NCBI GenBank assembly: GCA_903825255.1 | Contig: CAIJZZ010000070.1 | Span: 8,767-72,766, forward strand | Source: an uncultured bacterium | Lineage (GTDB): Bacteria; Patescibacteriota; Minisyncoccia; Phycocordibacterales; UBA9973 | Length of the DNA stretch: 64,000 nucleotides | Direction: 5' to 3' | Shown here: piece after piece, positions 50,261 through 58,600 of the stretch | How positions within the stretch are numbered: position 1 is the first letter of the stretch | Layout of the letters: each line of letters opens with the position of its first letter | Notes under the pieces: generated by a model | Seen by the model: only the letters and a program-made list of their open reading frames with translations | Database searches by the model: none | Told to the model about the DNA's origin: nothing | Program-made: the position numbers and the translations under genes

Positions 50261-50329
50261 GGGTAATATTTTATTTTGCTCGGGTCCTCGGTTTGGGGGG
50301 AGCCCTGCTCGCAAAACAAAATATTACCC
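50261..50329 (+). repeat. family A GC-capped hairpin element, copy A5
   Basis: 19-bp arms GGGTAATATTTTATTTTGC / GCAAAACAAAATATTACCC (18 of 19 paired) enclose TCGGGTCCTCGGTTTGGGGGGAGCCCTGCTC. Confidence 0.75.
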
Positions 50330-50332
50330 TTT

Positions 50333-52534
50333 CTAGATTACATTTCCTCCATCTTCTGTGTGTTCGATTTTTTCTAGTACCTCTCGAGGTTTTGCGCCAT
50401 CTCCTGGTCCGATCACTCCACGGTCTTCGAGCATATCCATAAGTCTTGCAGCTCGAGCATAACCAAGTTTTAATTTTCTTTGTAAATATGAAGTTGAAGC
50501 TTTTCCGGCTTCAATGATACAAGCACGAGCTTCTTCATACATTTCATCTTCTTCGTCTGCATCATCTAAGGTGCTTTCAAAAATACTTTTATCAGCTGAA
50601 ATTGAACCAGAAGTTAAAGAAATTTCATCATTTATTTCATCTTTATATGTTTCCACTAAATATTTAACTACTTTTTTTACTTCACCTTCAGAAATAAAGG
50701 CAGATTGTAGACGTTCTGGTTGAGCATCTCCTGAAGAATAAAGCATATCACCAGCCCCGAGTAGTTTTTCGGCTCCGCCAGCATCTAAGATAGTGCGTGA
50801 ATCTATTTGTGAAGAAACTTTAAGAGCAATACGAGCAGGGATATTGGCTTTAATAAGTCCAGTAATGACATTTACTTCTGGGCGCTGAGTGGAAAGAATT
50901 AGGTGGATACCGACAGCGCGAGACATTTGAGCGAGACGAACGATAGCAGATTCAAGTTCTCTAGGGTATGTGGTCATTATATCGGCTAACTCGTCTATTA
51001 TAATGACAATATATGGCATACGCTCAGCATTTACTTCTGTTTCTACTCCGGCGCTGTCTGTTTTAATTTTTTTATTATTTTTACCAAAAACATTTTCATG
51101 GTATGAACTTATGTCTCGCACAGATTCTGCTTCTAAAATATCATATCGACGGTCCATTTCCTTCGCGGCCCATTTGAGAGCCAGAATTGTTTTTTTAGCA
51201 TCAGTGATGACGGGAGTGAGTAAGTGCGGAATTTTATTATAAAGAGTAAGTTCAACACGTTTTGGGTCAATTAAAATTAATTTCAAATCATCTGGTCCGT
51301 TTCGGTAGAGAAGAGAAGTAATCATCGAATGTATGGTGACTGATTTTCCAGAACCAGTAGTTCCAGCGACGAGACAGTGAGGCATTTTGGCTAAATTACC
51401 AAACATGGCTTTCCCAGAAATTCCACGACCGAGGGCGACCGTAATCGGCTTGTTTGAATTTTGGAATTTTTCATCTGAAAGGAGAGTAGCAAGGCCGACG
51501 ATTGATTTTGATCTATTAGGAATTTCGATACCGACGAGAGACTTACCAGGGATCGGAGCTTCAATACGAATCGGGTGCGCAGCGAGAGCGAGAGATAAAT
51601 CATTTTGTAATCCGACTATACGAGAAAGTTTCATGCCTTCAGCTGGTTTTAATGCATAGCGAGTGACTGTGGGTCCCACAGTGATCTCATCCATTTCAAC
51701 TTCAATACCGAAGTTTGCGAGTGTGCGTTTAATAATATTCGCATTGGCTTTAATGTCGCCAGTGTTTGGCTTGCCTTTATCTTCTTCCAGTAATGAAAGT
51801 GGGGGAGGCACGTAAGAAGATAAAAGATTTTTTCTTTTTTTGATTGGGATCTCTTCCTCTTCATTTTCTTTCGGTAAAACTAATTCTTTTTCTTTTTTAC
51901 TTATGCCTAAATTTTTGATGATTTTATCACCAAGATTTTCTTTTTCAGTTTCTTCCTCTTCCGCGTCCTCCTCAATAGGTTCTTCCTCGATTCTTTCTTT
52001 CTTTTTAAAAATATTAAAAATACTTTTTAAGATTGGCAGAAGCATTGGTTTAGTATCAAACATTATTAAAATAGAAATTATTAAAATAGCACCAAGTAAA
52101 ACGATGCTAGCATAAACATCAAAAAGAGAAACGAACGGAGCAGATAAAATTCTACCCAAAAGTCCGCCAGTGTTACTTCCGGAAGTTATATCTATGATAC
52201 CCAAACTAGAAAGTAAAAACATTAGAGAACTGAAAGTGCGATTCCAGCCAATGTTTGGTCGTTCGGATTTAACAAAAGAAGATCCTAATAAAATAAAAAG
52301 AATTGGTAGAAGTATATAACCAATTCCTAATAAATAATAAAAAATATCATAAACGAATTGTCCCGCTACTCCAGCCATATTGAAAGCGGACATAAAAAGA
52401 AAAAGTGCTAAAACAAAAAAAACAACTGCCCAAATACCATGTTTGGTTTCTGTTTTTAATTTAGAAATATTTTTTTTACTTTTGTCATTATTTGAATTTT
52501 TGTTGATAGTTTTTTGCTTGTCATTTTTTACCAT
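50333..52534 (-). CDS. ftsK: DNA translocase FtsK/SpoIIIE
   Basis: N-terminal TM block, an acidic linker, the motor with AGTTGSGKSV (Walker A) and VIIIDELADIM, and a C-terminal gamma wHTH (TSYLQRKLKLGYARAARLMD). Confidence 0.93.
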   Translation of the reverse strand: MVKNDKQKTINKNSNNDKSKKNISKLKTETKHGIWAVVFFVLALFLFMSAFNMAGVAGQFVYDIFYYLLGIGYILLPILFILLGSSFVKSERPNIGWNRTFSSLMFLLSSLGIIDITSGSNTGGLLGRILSAPFVSLFDVYASIVLLGAILIISILIMFDTKPMLLPILKSIFNIFKKKERIEEEPIEEDAEEEETEKENLGDKIIKNLGISKKEKELVLPKENEEEEIPIKKRKNLLSSYVPPPLSLLEEDKGKPNTGDIKANANIIKRTLANFGIEVEMDEITVGPTVTRYALKPAEGMKLSRIVGLQNDLSLALAAHPIRIEAPIPGKSLVGIEIPNRSKSIVGLATLLSDEKFQNSNKPITVALGRGISGKAMFGNLAKMPHCLVAGTTGSGKSVTIHSMITSLLYRNGPDDLKLILIDPKRVELTLYNKIPHLLTPVITDAKKTILALKWAAKEMDRRYDILEAESVRDISSYHENVFGKNNKKIKTDSAGVETEVNAERMPYIVIIIDELADIMTTYPRELESAIVRLAQMSRAVGIHLILSTQRPEVNVITGLIKANIPARIALKVSSQIDSRTILDAGGAEKLLGAGDMLYSSGDAQPERLQSAFISEGEVKKVVKYLVETYKDEINDEISLTSGSISADKSIFESTLDDADEEDEMYEEARACIIEAGKASTSYLQRKLKLGYARAARLMDMLEDRGVIGPGDGAKPREVLEKIEHTEDGGNVI

Positions 52535-52573
52535 ATTTATCTATTTTAACATAAATTTAAAAATTTATTTTAT

Positions 52574-52648
52574 AAAAAAACAAAATATGAAAGTTTTCTG
52601 GCGGACAAGACGCAGCCAGTGCCCGCAGGCGAAAACTTTCACATTTTG
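52574..52648. repeat. singleton long GC-capped hairpin
   Basis: 24-nt arms AAAAAAACAAAATATGAAAGTTTT / AAAACTTTCACATTTTGTTTTTTT (23 of 24 complementary) flank CTGGCGGACAAGACGCAGCCAGTGCCCGCAGGCG. Confidence 0.7.
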
Positions 52649-52731
52649 TTTTTTTTATTAATCCCTCTGACAAGGGGGAAATAAGGGGTTAAAAAACTTG
52701 CCTTTTTTATTGTCCTATATATAATGGACGT

Positions 52732-53619
52732 ATGTTAGAGGAAAATAAAAATTTAAAGGACTCTGTTCAAAATACACCTAGTTCTTATAGGACAGATTCT
52801 AATATAATTGAGATGGACACTTATTTTTCTATCTCTTATATAAAGACTAAAAAACTTATTACAGCGCTTTATATGGTAACGGACATGATTGATAAAGATG
52901 AACCATTAAGGAATAAATTAAGGACATTAGGAGGGAATCTTATATCGGACATATATTCTTTTTCACAAATTGATTTATCTGAAAAGATGAATAATAAGAT
53001 TTTAGAAATAGTGTCTTTTTTAGATATTCTTAGTGCAATCGGAATGATTTCTGAAATGAATTGTAATATTCTAAAAAAGGAGTTTTTTGAATTAAAGAAA
53101 GTCGTTAATGAGATTAAATCAGAATCAGATTTGTTAGGATTTTTTACAGAAGATTTAGAAAATAATCTTCAAGAAAATTTGGGAGTTAATAATTACCAAA
53201 ATCAATTTTCATTAAAGACAAACGATAACCTAAAGAATGATTTTGTTAGACATAATCAAGTCCATAATATTAATGGACACGAACATAAAGGACACCAGAC
53301 AAGGATAGGTGTCCAAAAAGGAAGTACTTTAATGAAGGCTCTTAATGAAGTTAAAATTCCAACCAATATCCTATCCTTAAATGTTAAAGATCATAAAACT
53401 GATTTTAACGAATTGAAAAAACAAAGGAGAGATGAAATTGTTAAAATAATAAAAGAAAAAAATGGAGCTACTATAACGGACATTAAAAATTCTGCAAAAG
53501 GGGTGCTACTTTCTTGTGGTGAAAAAACTTTACAAAGGGAACTGATTTCTATGGTACATAATGGTGTCCTTTATAAAATCGGAGAAAAAAGATGGTCTCG
53601 CTATTTTTTATCAAAATAG
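52732..53619 (+). CDS. hypothetical protein with C-terminal winged-helix DNA-binding-like domain
   Basis: The C-terminus RRDEIVKIIKEKNGATITDIKNSAKGVLLSCGEKTLQRELISMVHNGVLYKIGEKRWSRY resembles a DeoR/wHTH module. Confidence 0.55.
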   Translation: MLEENKNLKDSVQNTPSSYRTDSNIIEMDTYFSISYIKTKKLITALYMVTDMIDKDEPLRNKLRTLGGNLISDIYSFSQIDLSEKMNNKILEIVSFLDILSAIGMISEMNCNILKKEFFELKKVVNEIKSESDLLGFFTEDLENNLQENLGVNNYQNQFSLKTNDNLKNDFVRHNQVHNINGHEHKGHQTRIGVQKGSTLMKALNEVKIPTNILSLNVKDHKTDFNELKKQRRDEIVKIIKEKNGATITDIKNSAKGVLLSCGEKTLQRELISMVHNGVLYKIGEKRWSRYFLSK

Positions 53620-53928
53620 ATTAAAAACTAAATTTTATTCAAACATTTTGCAACGTTTATTCGCTCTAATGCGTATATAAATACGTACTCTATGGTTTGC
53701 ATTTTAGGTAAAAATATGCGATTATTAGAGTGTGGGTTTTGTTTCATTTAGTTTGTGTTGTAAAGCACAGATTATGAAGGAGTTTATCCACATAATATTT
53801 GCTGTATTTAATAGCAAATATTATAATGTTATTATGTTTATGGAACGCACATAAGTGTGCAGTTCTGTATTCATAAATTGTATTTATTTTTGTTCACAAT
53901 TTCGTCGAAAAAATTTTGAATAAAAATA

Positions 53929-53962
53929 AGCCCTCCTTCGCGAAAGCTTCGGACGGGCAAGG
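53929..53962 (+). repeat. family B GC-rich element, copy B3
   Basis: AGCCCTCCTTCGCGAAAGCTTCGGACGGGCAAGG, an isolated GC-rich island in AT-rich intergenic DNA. Confidence 0.75.
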
Positions 53963-54260
53963 AAAGGTCATTGAAAACTAAAGAGGAAAAATCTTGTGGA
54001 ATTTTCTACAGGATAGATTCGTTTTGGTTTTCTTTTCAACCAAAGACTGATTTAGTCTTTGGAAGAAGTTTAAAGTAAATCTGTTCACTGTCAATTTTTT
54101 CTACCCAACTTATTAGTCTTATTATTATTATTTTTTGGTAGATAAAAACAGTGATAGAAAAATATGCTTTTAGTTTTGTCGAAACTAATTAATGGCATAT
54201 TACTTCATCTAAATTTTATTTTAAAAAATAGAACTAGATAGAAGTATATTAGATAATTTT

Positions 54261-57200
54261 ATGAGTAATTTATTCAAATCAAAATTCCTTATGGGATTTA
54301 TGGTTGTCGCTCTTGCATTCTCATTTTCTTTTCTTGGTAACACATCAAAAGTAAATGCTGCAGATGGCACTATCACAAAAACTTTAAGGTTAAAAATGCG
54401 AGATGTTCAAGTTAAGTATCTACAACAGACACTTAACGAAACAGGCTACGCTGTCGATGGTAATGGTGCTGGATCTGCTGGTCAAGAGACCACTTATTTC
54501 GGTAATGCTACCTTGGCTTCTGTAAAAGCTTTTCAAAAAGCTAACGGCTTAACCGCTGATGGAATTTTTGGAGCTAAATCACGTGCAGCTCTTCTAGCTA
54601 CACCTGGTACAGGAACAACGACAACTACGACAACAACTACAGGTACAACAACTGGTTGTCCAGCCGGAGCTATGTATAACTCAATCACGGGTGTACTTTG
54701 CTCTTCTTCAACTTCAACAACTACTACAACTACTACAACAACACAGTCTGGTCCTATATCAGCTATGTTGTCTACAGATAATCCAGCTGCTGGCACTATT
54801 GTTGCTGGTCAAGCAACTGCTGATTTGTTACACATTACCTTCACTGGTAACGGTACAGTTAATTCTGTAACCTTACAGAGAAGTGGTGTTTCCGATCAAA
54901 ATACACTTTCCAATGTCTATCTATATGATGGCGTGACTCGTGTTACAGACGGATATTCTTTCAACACAACTGGTATGATTATGATGAATAATCTTAATCT
55001 CGTTGTAAATGGTTCAAAGACTATCGCTGTAAAGGCAGATGTCGCTACAACAAATTCTTATGACGTAAAAGTTGCTTTAGTTGGCTTTACTTCAGGTACT
55101 ACTGCTAACACAGTCAGTATTATGGGTAATGACATGTATATTGCATCTGGTGGAAGTCTAGCTACTGTTGCTAAAGATTCTACTGGTGTCGCTACTGGTG
55201 CTACTGGTGGTAACACTGTGGCTAACGCAAGTGTGAATGCTGGTACAACTGGCTACACAGTATGGCGTCAAGTCATGCAAGTAAATACACGAAATGTTCA
55301 GCTTAAAGCTGCTAATTTCCGCATCACAGGATCAGCTCCTTCTGATGCACTTGCAAACGTAAATCTTTTTGTTGATGGACTTCAAGTTGGTACACAAGCA
55401 ACTATGACCATGGCAAATGGTTCAAATTATCTTACATTTGATATGAGTGCTGCTCCAGTTACTCTTACGACAGGCGGACACACCTTTGAGGTGCGTGGCG
55501 ATATCGTAAAAGGTTCAAGCTTCAGCTTCACAGTATCCTTACAGCAAGCTTCTGATTTGATGGTCACTGATCCTCAGATCGGCGTAAACATTGCTGTTTG
55601 TGGAACACTTGCATGTACTGGTTCATTCTCAGCAAGTACTGCTGGTACAATCTCAATCGGAGCTGGTTCAGCTACTGTTGTGATTGATCCTACCTTCAAT
55701 ACAATGACAAATGTTACTGGTGGCTCTTCAAACATTGCTATTGGTAAATTCAAAATTCATGGTTACGGCGAAGATGTAAAAGTTACATCATTACCTGTAT
55801 CTGTGGCTTTGTCTTCTGCTGCAGGTGCAGCCAATGCTGGTATTCAGAACGTAACTTTGTACTTTAATGGTTCACAAGTTGGTTCTCAGATATCTTTAAC
55901 TTCTAGTTCAGCTTTTGGAGCATCAAATTGTACAACTGGTGGAGCCAGCTTCAATTGTTACAGTAATACATTCTCTCTAGGCTCACAGATGATTATTCCT
56001 GCTGCCACAGATAGTATCCTTGAAGTTCGTGCCGATCTAAGAAAGACTGATGGTACAAGCTACACAGCTGGTACTGTTTCTGCAAACCTTGGAACTGGTA
56101 CAGCTGAAGGATTCAATTCTAAGGCTGCTATCACAACCAATGCTCAGACAGGCAATACTCTTACCATCCAGACAGGTCTTCTAGCTGTTGCAAAGAATAC
56201 TGGTTATTCTAACCAAACAGTTAGTCCAAATACTGCTGGTGTAAAACTTGGTTCATATGTTATTCAGAACCAAAGTTCTTCTGAATCAGTTCGTGTTACT
56301 AGTCTTGTTGTAAATCTATACGATAGTACAGCTACAACACCACTTGATAACACCACAACCACTCCAAAGTTAAATAATTTCTCTGGATTAAGAACTTCTG
56401 AAACTTCAGGTTCTGGCTCAACCCCAGTTCAACCTCAAGCTACAAATACTTTCTCTGTAGACTTTACTCTAGCTCCAGGAGCCACCAAGATCATCGACGT
56501 GTTTGCTGATACAAGTTCCACAACCGGTGGTGCTCAAGTTATCACCAAGCTTGCTGTTAATGCTCTTGGTTCATCAAGTAACACTTCAATCAGTATCGCA
56601 GCTCAACAAGGACAAACAGTCACTTTGAACTCTGGTACAGTTGGAGCTCCAGTACTTGTTTCTGCTTCTTCAACCGCTGCTCAATTCGTTCCAGCTGGTG
56701 ATCCAACCAATACTGGCACAGGCGCAGCTGATGCTACACGAGCAGATTACACATTCGTATCAACCAATGGTGCTGCTACAATTTCCGAACTTAAATTCAC
56801 TGTTAGTGGTTCAGCAACGAATCCTATCATGAGTGTTAAAGTCGGTTCAGCTACAGCTCCAGTCGTTTCTGGTGTTGCATGGTTACAAGGTTTGAATCTT
56901 GCTGTGCCAAACGGAGGCTCAGGTCTAACTGTTACTGCATATGCTACATATGCTCCAGTTGGTACTAATGCAGTTACTCCTAACACTACAGCAACGATTT
57001 CCTTGAGTTATGTTAAATACCAATCTGGTACTTCAGTCTCTACTGTAACCTTCCTTACCGCTGGTGGTAAGACTTACAATGATGTAGACGGAAGTGGCAC
57101 AGTTACTGCTGGTGATATTCGTACAGTTGCCCAAGATAAAGTCGTAGCTACTGCTGGTGCCGTAACTGGTACTATTACTGCTAACGCTACTACTTTTGTC

Positions 57201-58052
57201 ACAAGTCAATTTAGTTCTGCTCTTACCGAACCTGCAACTATTACCTTAGATAAATCTGCTGGTAATGTTTGGACAGTAAGTGCTGGTACTGGATGGACTA
57301 CTGCAGTTGTCACAGGTGGTACTGCTACTGCCTTCCCAACTTCTGTAACTTCCGCTACTGGTGAAGTTATCACCTTTACTGGTGGTACAACTACTACTGG
57401 AGCTGGAACCGCTGTAGTTACTTTAACTAGAACAGCTGGATTCTATACTCTTGGTTCAACAGTAGCCGCTGGTGACTCTGATCTTGGTTTGACAGCTTCT
57501 GCTGGTGTCCCTGCTCCAACTATGACAATGGTTGGTTCACGACCTACAGTTACTGTTAACACCACTTCAAACTCTGGTCTACAGATCAGTACAGTTGAAA
57601 ACAAAATTGGTGAATTAACAATCGCTGCTGATGCTAAGGGTGATATCAAACTTAATCAAGTTACCTTTAATGTAAGTAGTTCTAACTTCACAGCCGGTAC
57701 TCTTACATACACCTTGCCTCGTATTGCAGACGGTACAACCACTATCTCAGGTAGTGCATGTACTCCTCCAACCACGACCGCTGCTTCCGTACAAGTTGTT
57801 TGTAACTTAGGTTCAGCTACCCTTACTGACTTTGATGGATACACCATCTCAGCTGGTACTTCAAAGACTTTGAGCTTGTTCATGACTATTGCTGGTACAG
57901 CCGCTGCAAGTAGTACACAAACCATTGCAAGTTCTGTATTAAATACAGGATTTAATTGGGATGATACTTCAACCAACGGTGTAACTGGTACTAATCTTTC
58001 TGGTTCAAATCTATACAACTTCCCAACTGGAAGTTACTCAGTGCATAACTAA
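54261..58052 (+). CDS. giant Thr/Ala/Gly/Ser/Val-rich surface protein with signal peptide and peptidoglycan-binding domain
   Basis: Signal peptide ...SKVNA|ADG. A PG_binding_1-like segment (VQVKYLQQTLNETGY...VKAFQKANGLTADGIFGAKS). Poly-Thr linkers flank GCPAGAMYNSITGVLC. More than 1000 aa of diverged beta-sandwich-like repeats follow. Confidence 0.8.
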   Translation: MSNLFKSKFLMGFMVVALAFSFSFLGNTSKVNAADGTITKTLRLKMRDVQVKYLQQTLNETGYAVDGNGAGSAGQETTYFGNATLASVKAFQKANGLTADGIFGAKSRAALLATPGTGTTTTTTTTTGTTTGCPAGAMYNSITGVLCSSSTSTTTTTTTTTQSGPISAMLSTDNPAAGTIVAGQATADLLHITFTGNGTVNSVTLQRSGVSDQNTLSNVYLYDGVTRVTDGYSFNTTGMIMMNNLNLVVNGSKTIAVKADVATTNSYDVKVALVGFTSGTTANTVSIMGNDMYIASGGSLATVAKDSTGVATGATGGNTVANASVNAGTTGYTVWRQVMQVNTRNVQLKAANFRITGSAPSDALANVNLFVDGLQVGTQATMTMANGSNYLTFDMSAAPVTLTTGGHTFEVRGDIVKGSSFSFTVSLQQASDLMVTDPQIGVNIAVCGTLACTGSFSASTAGTISIGAGSATVVIDPTFNTMTNVTGGSSNIAIGKFKIHGYGEDVKVTSLPVSVALSSAAGAANAGIQNVTLYFNGSQVGSQISLTSSSAFGASNCTTGGASFNCYSNTFSLGSQMIIPAATDSILEVRADLRKTDGTSYTAGTVSANLGTGTAEGFNSKAAITTNAQTGNTLTIQTGLLAVAKNTGYSNQTVSPNTAGVKLGSYVIQNQSSSESVRVTSLVVNLYDSTATTPLDNTTTTPKLNNFSGLRTSETSGSGSTPVQPQATNTFSVDFTLAPGATKIIDVFADTSSTTGGAQVITKLAVNALGSSSNTSISIAAQQGQTVTLNSGTVGAPVLVSASSTAAQFVPAGDPTNTGTGAADATRADYTFVSTNGAATISELKFTVSGSATNPIMSVKVGSATAPVVSGVAWLQGLNLAVPNGGSGLTVTAYATYAPVGTNAVTPNTTATISLSYVKYQSGTSVSTVTFLTAGGKTYNDVDGSGTVTAGDIRTVAQDKVVATAGAVTGTITANATTFVTSQFSSALTEPATITLDKSAGNVWTVSAGTGWTTAVVTGGTATAFPTSVTSATGEVITFTGGTTTTGAGTAVVTLTRTAGFYTLGSTVAAGDSDLGLTASAGVPAPTMTMVGSRPTVTVNTTSNSGLQISTVENKIGELTIAADAKGDIKLNQVTFNVSSSNFTAGTLTYTLPRIADGTTTISGSACTPPTTTAASVQVVCNLGSATLTDFDGYTISAGTSKTLSLFMTIAGTAAASSTQTIASSVLNTGFNWDDTSTNGVTGTNLSGSNLYNFPTGSYSVHN

Positions 58053-58117
58053 TTTAGTTATAGCTTAGCGTTTCTCGATACGGATAAATCGGGAGTCTAG
58101 CTGACTAAAATCGCTCC

Positions 58118-58154
58118 AAAAAACCCGATCGCCATTAAGGCGACGGGTTTTTTT
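58118..58154 (+). terminator. intrinsic terminator after the giant gene
   Basis: AAAAAACCCGATCGCC-ATTA-AGGCGACGGGTTTTTTT. Confidence 0.8.
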
Positions 58155-58199
58155 GCGTTTATAGTTATGGTGATTTTATATGATATAATATGAATATAT

Positions 58200-58343
58200 A
58201 TGAAACATTTTTTCAAAATACTTTTAATTTTTCTAGGAATGATAGTTTTGGGCTTAATTGGAGTTTTTATACTTAGTTTTTTCAATGATACAGCCAGACA
58301 AGACAATTCAAACACTGGAGTTCCAATAAATCTTCAGAAATAA
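58200..58343 (+). CDS. possible 47-aa single-TM protein (not in ORF track)
   Basis: Own translation: MKHFFKILLIFLGMIVLGLIGVFILSFFNDTARQDNSNTGVPINLQK, ending at the TAA at 58341-58343. TGaTATAAT at 58181-58189 lies 10 nt upstream of the ATG. Confidence 0.4.
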   Translation: MKHFFKILLIFLGMIVLGLIGVFILSFFNDTARQDNSNTGVPINLQK

Positions 58344-58360
58344 GATAACTCAATCTAAGA

Positions 58361-58388
58361 TTGCAAAATAGTATGTTTATGCTATAGT
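58361..58388 (+). promoter_or_regulatory. sigma70-like promoter for rplJ-rplL
   Basis: TTGCAA (58361-58366), 16-nt spacer, TATAGT (58383-58388). Confidence 0.55.
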
Positions 58389-58394
58389 ATATTT

Positions 58395-58600
58395 ACCGCA
58401 AAGAAAACAGGCAAACAGCCCTCCTTCGCATAAAGCTACGGACGGGCGCAGTAAGTCCTGTTTAGTGGGTCGATATTCTGACGTTAAGTCGGAAAAACCT
58501 TGCGGCTATTAAGCCGTTTTTTTTATTAGAAAATAAGGAGCGTTGCGACTATATTTTCTTGTACTCCGACTTTAGTCGGAGAAGTTAATCAAAAAAAATT
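58395..58600 (+). promoter_or_regulatory. long structured leader of rplJ-rplL (possible L10 autoregulatory leader/attenuator)
   Basis: Helix AAACAGG/CCTGTTT encloses element B4. A CGGCT-ATTA-AGCCG hairpin with a T8 run lies at 58503-58524. A CTCCGAC-TTTA-GTCGGAG hairpin lies near the start codon. Confidence 0.4.
58417..58451 (+). repeat. family B GC-rich element, copy B4
   Basis: CAGCCCTCCTTCGCATAAAGCTACGGACGGGCGCAG. Confidence 0.75.

Noticed and set aside
54610-54770. Short tandem ACA/ACT/ACG repeats that could suggest a microsatellite or CRISPR-like array.
   Set aside because: They are in-frame Thr codons of the poly-Thr linkers. There is no repeat-spacer periodicity, and no cas genes are in the window.
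54533-58018. Several long antisense or alternate-frame ORFs inside the giant surface-protein gene (54533-54796, 56641-56832, 56747-56986, 57443-57649, 57656-58018).
   Set aside because: The sense gene is built from ACN/GCN/GGN/GTN codons. This leaves the other frames free of AT-rich stop codons. Their translations are low-complexity (poly-Val, poly-Pro), and they have no independent start context.
54261-58052. Higher GC content of the giant gene as a sign of horizontal transfer.
   Set aside because: The compositional shift is explained by amino-acid content (Thr, Ala, Gly, Val). Third-codon positions remain A/T-biased, as in the rest of the window.
58097-58315. 72-aa minus-strand ORF downstream of the giant gene.
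   Set aside because: It overlaps the strong plus-strand terminator and is antisense to a more convincing 47-aa TM ORF (58200-58343) that has its own extended -10 box.
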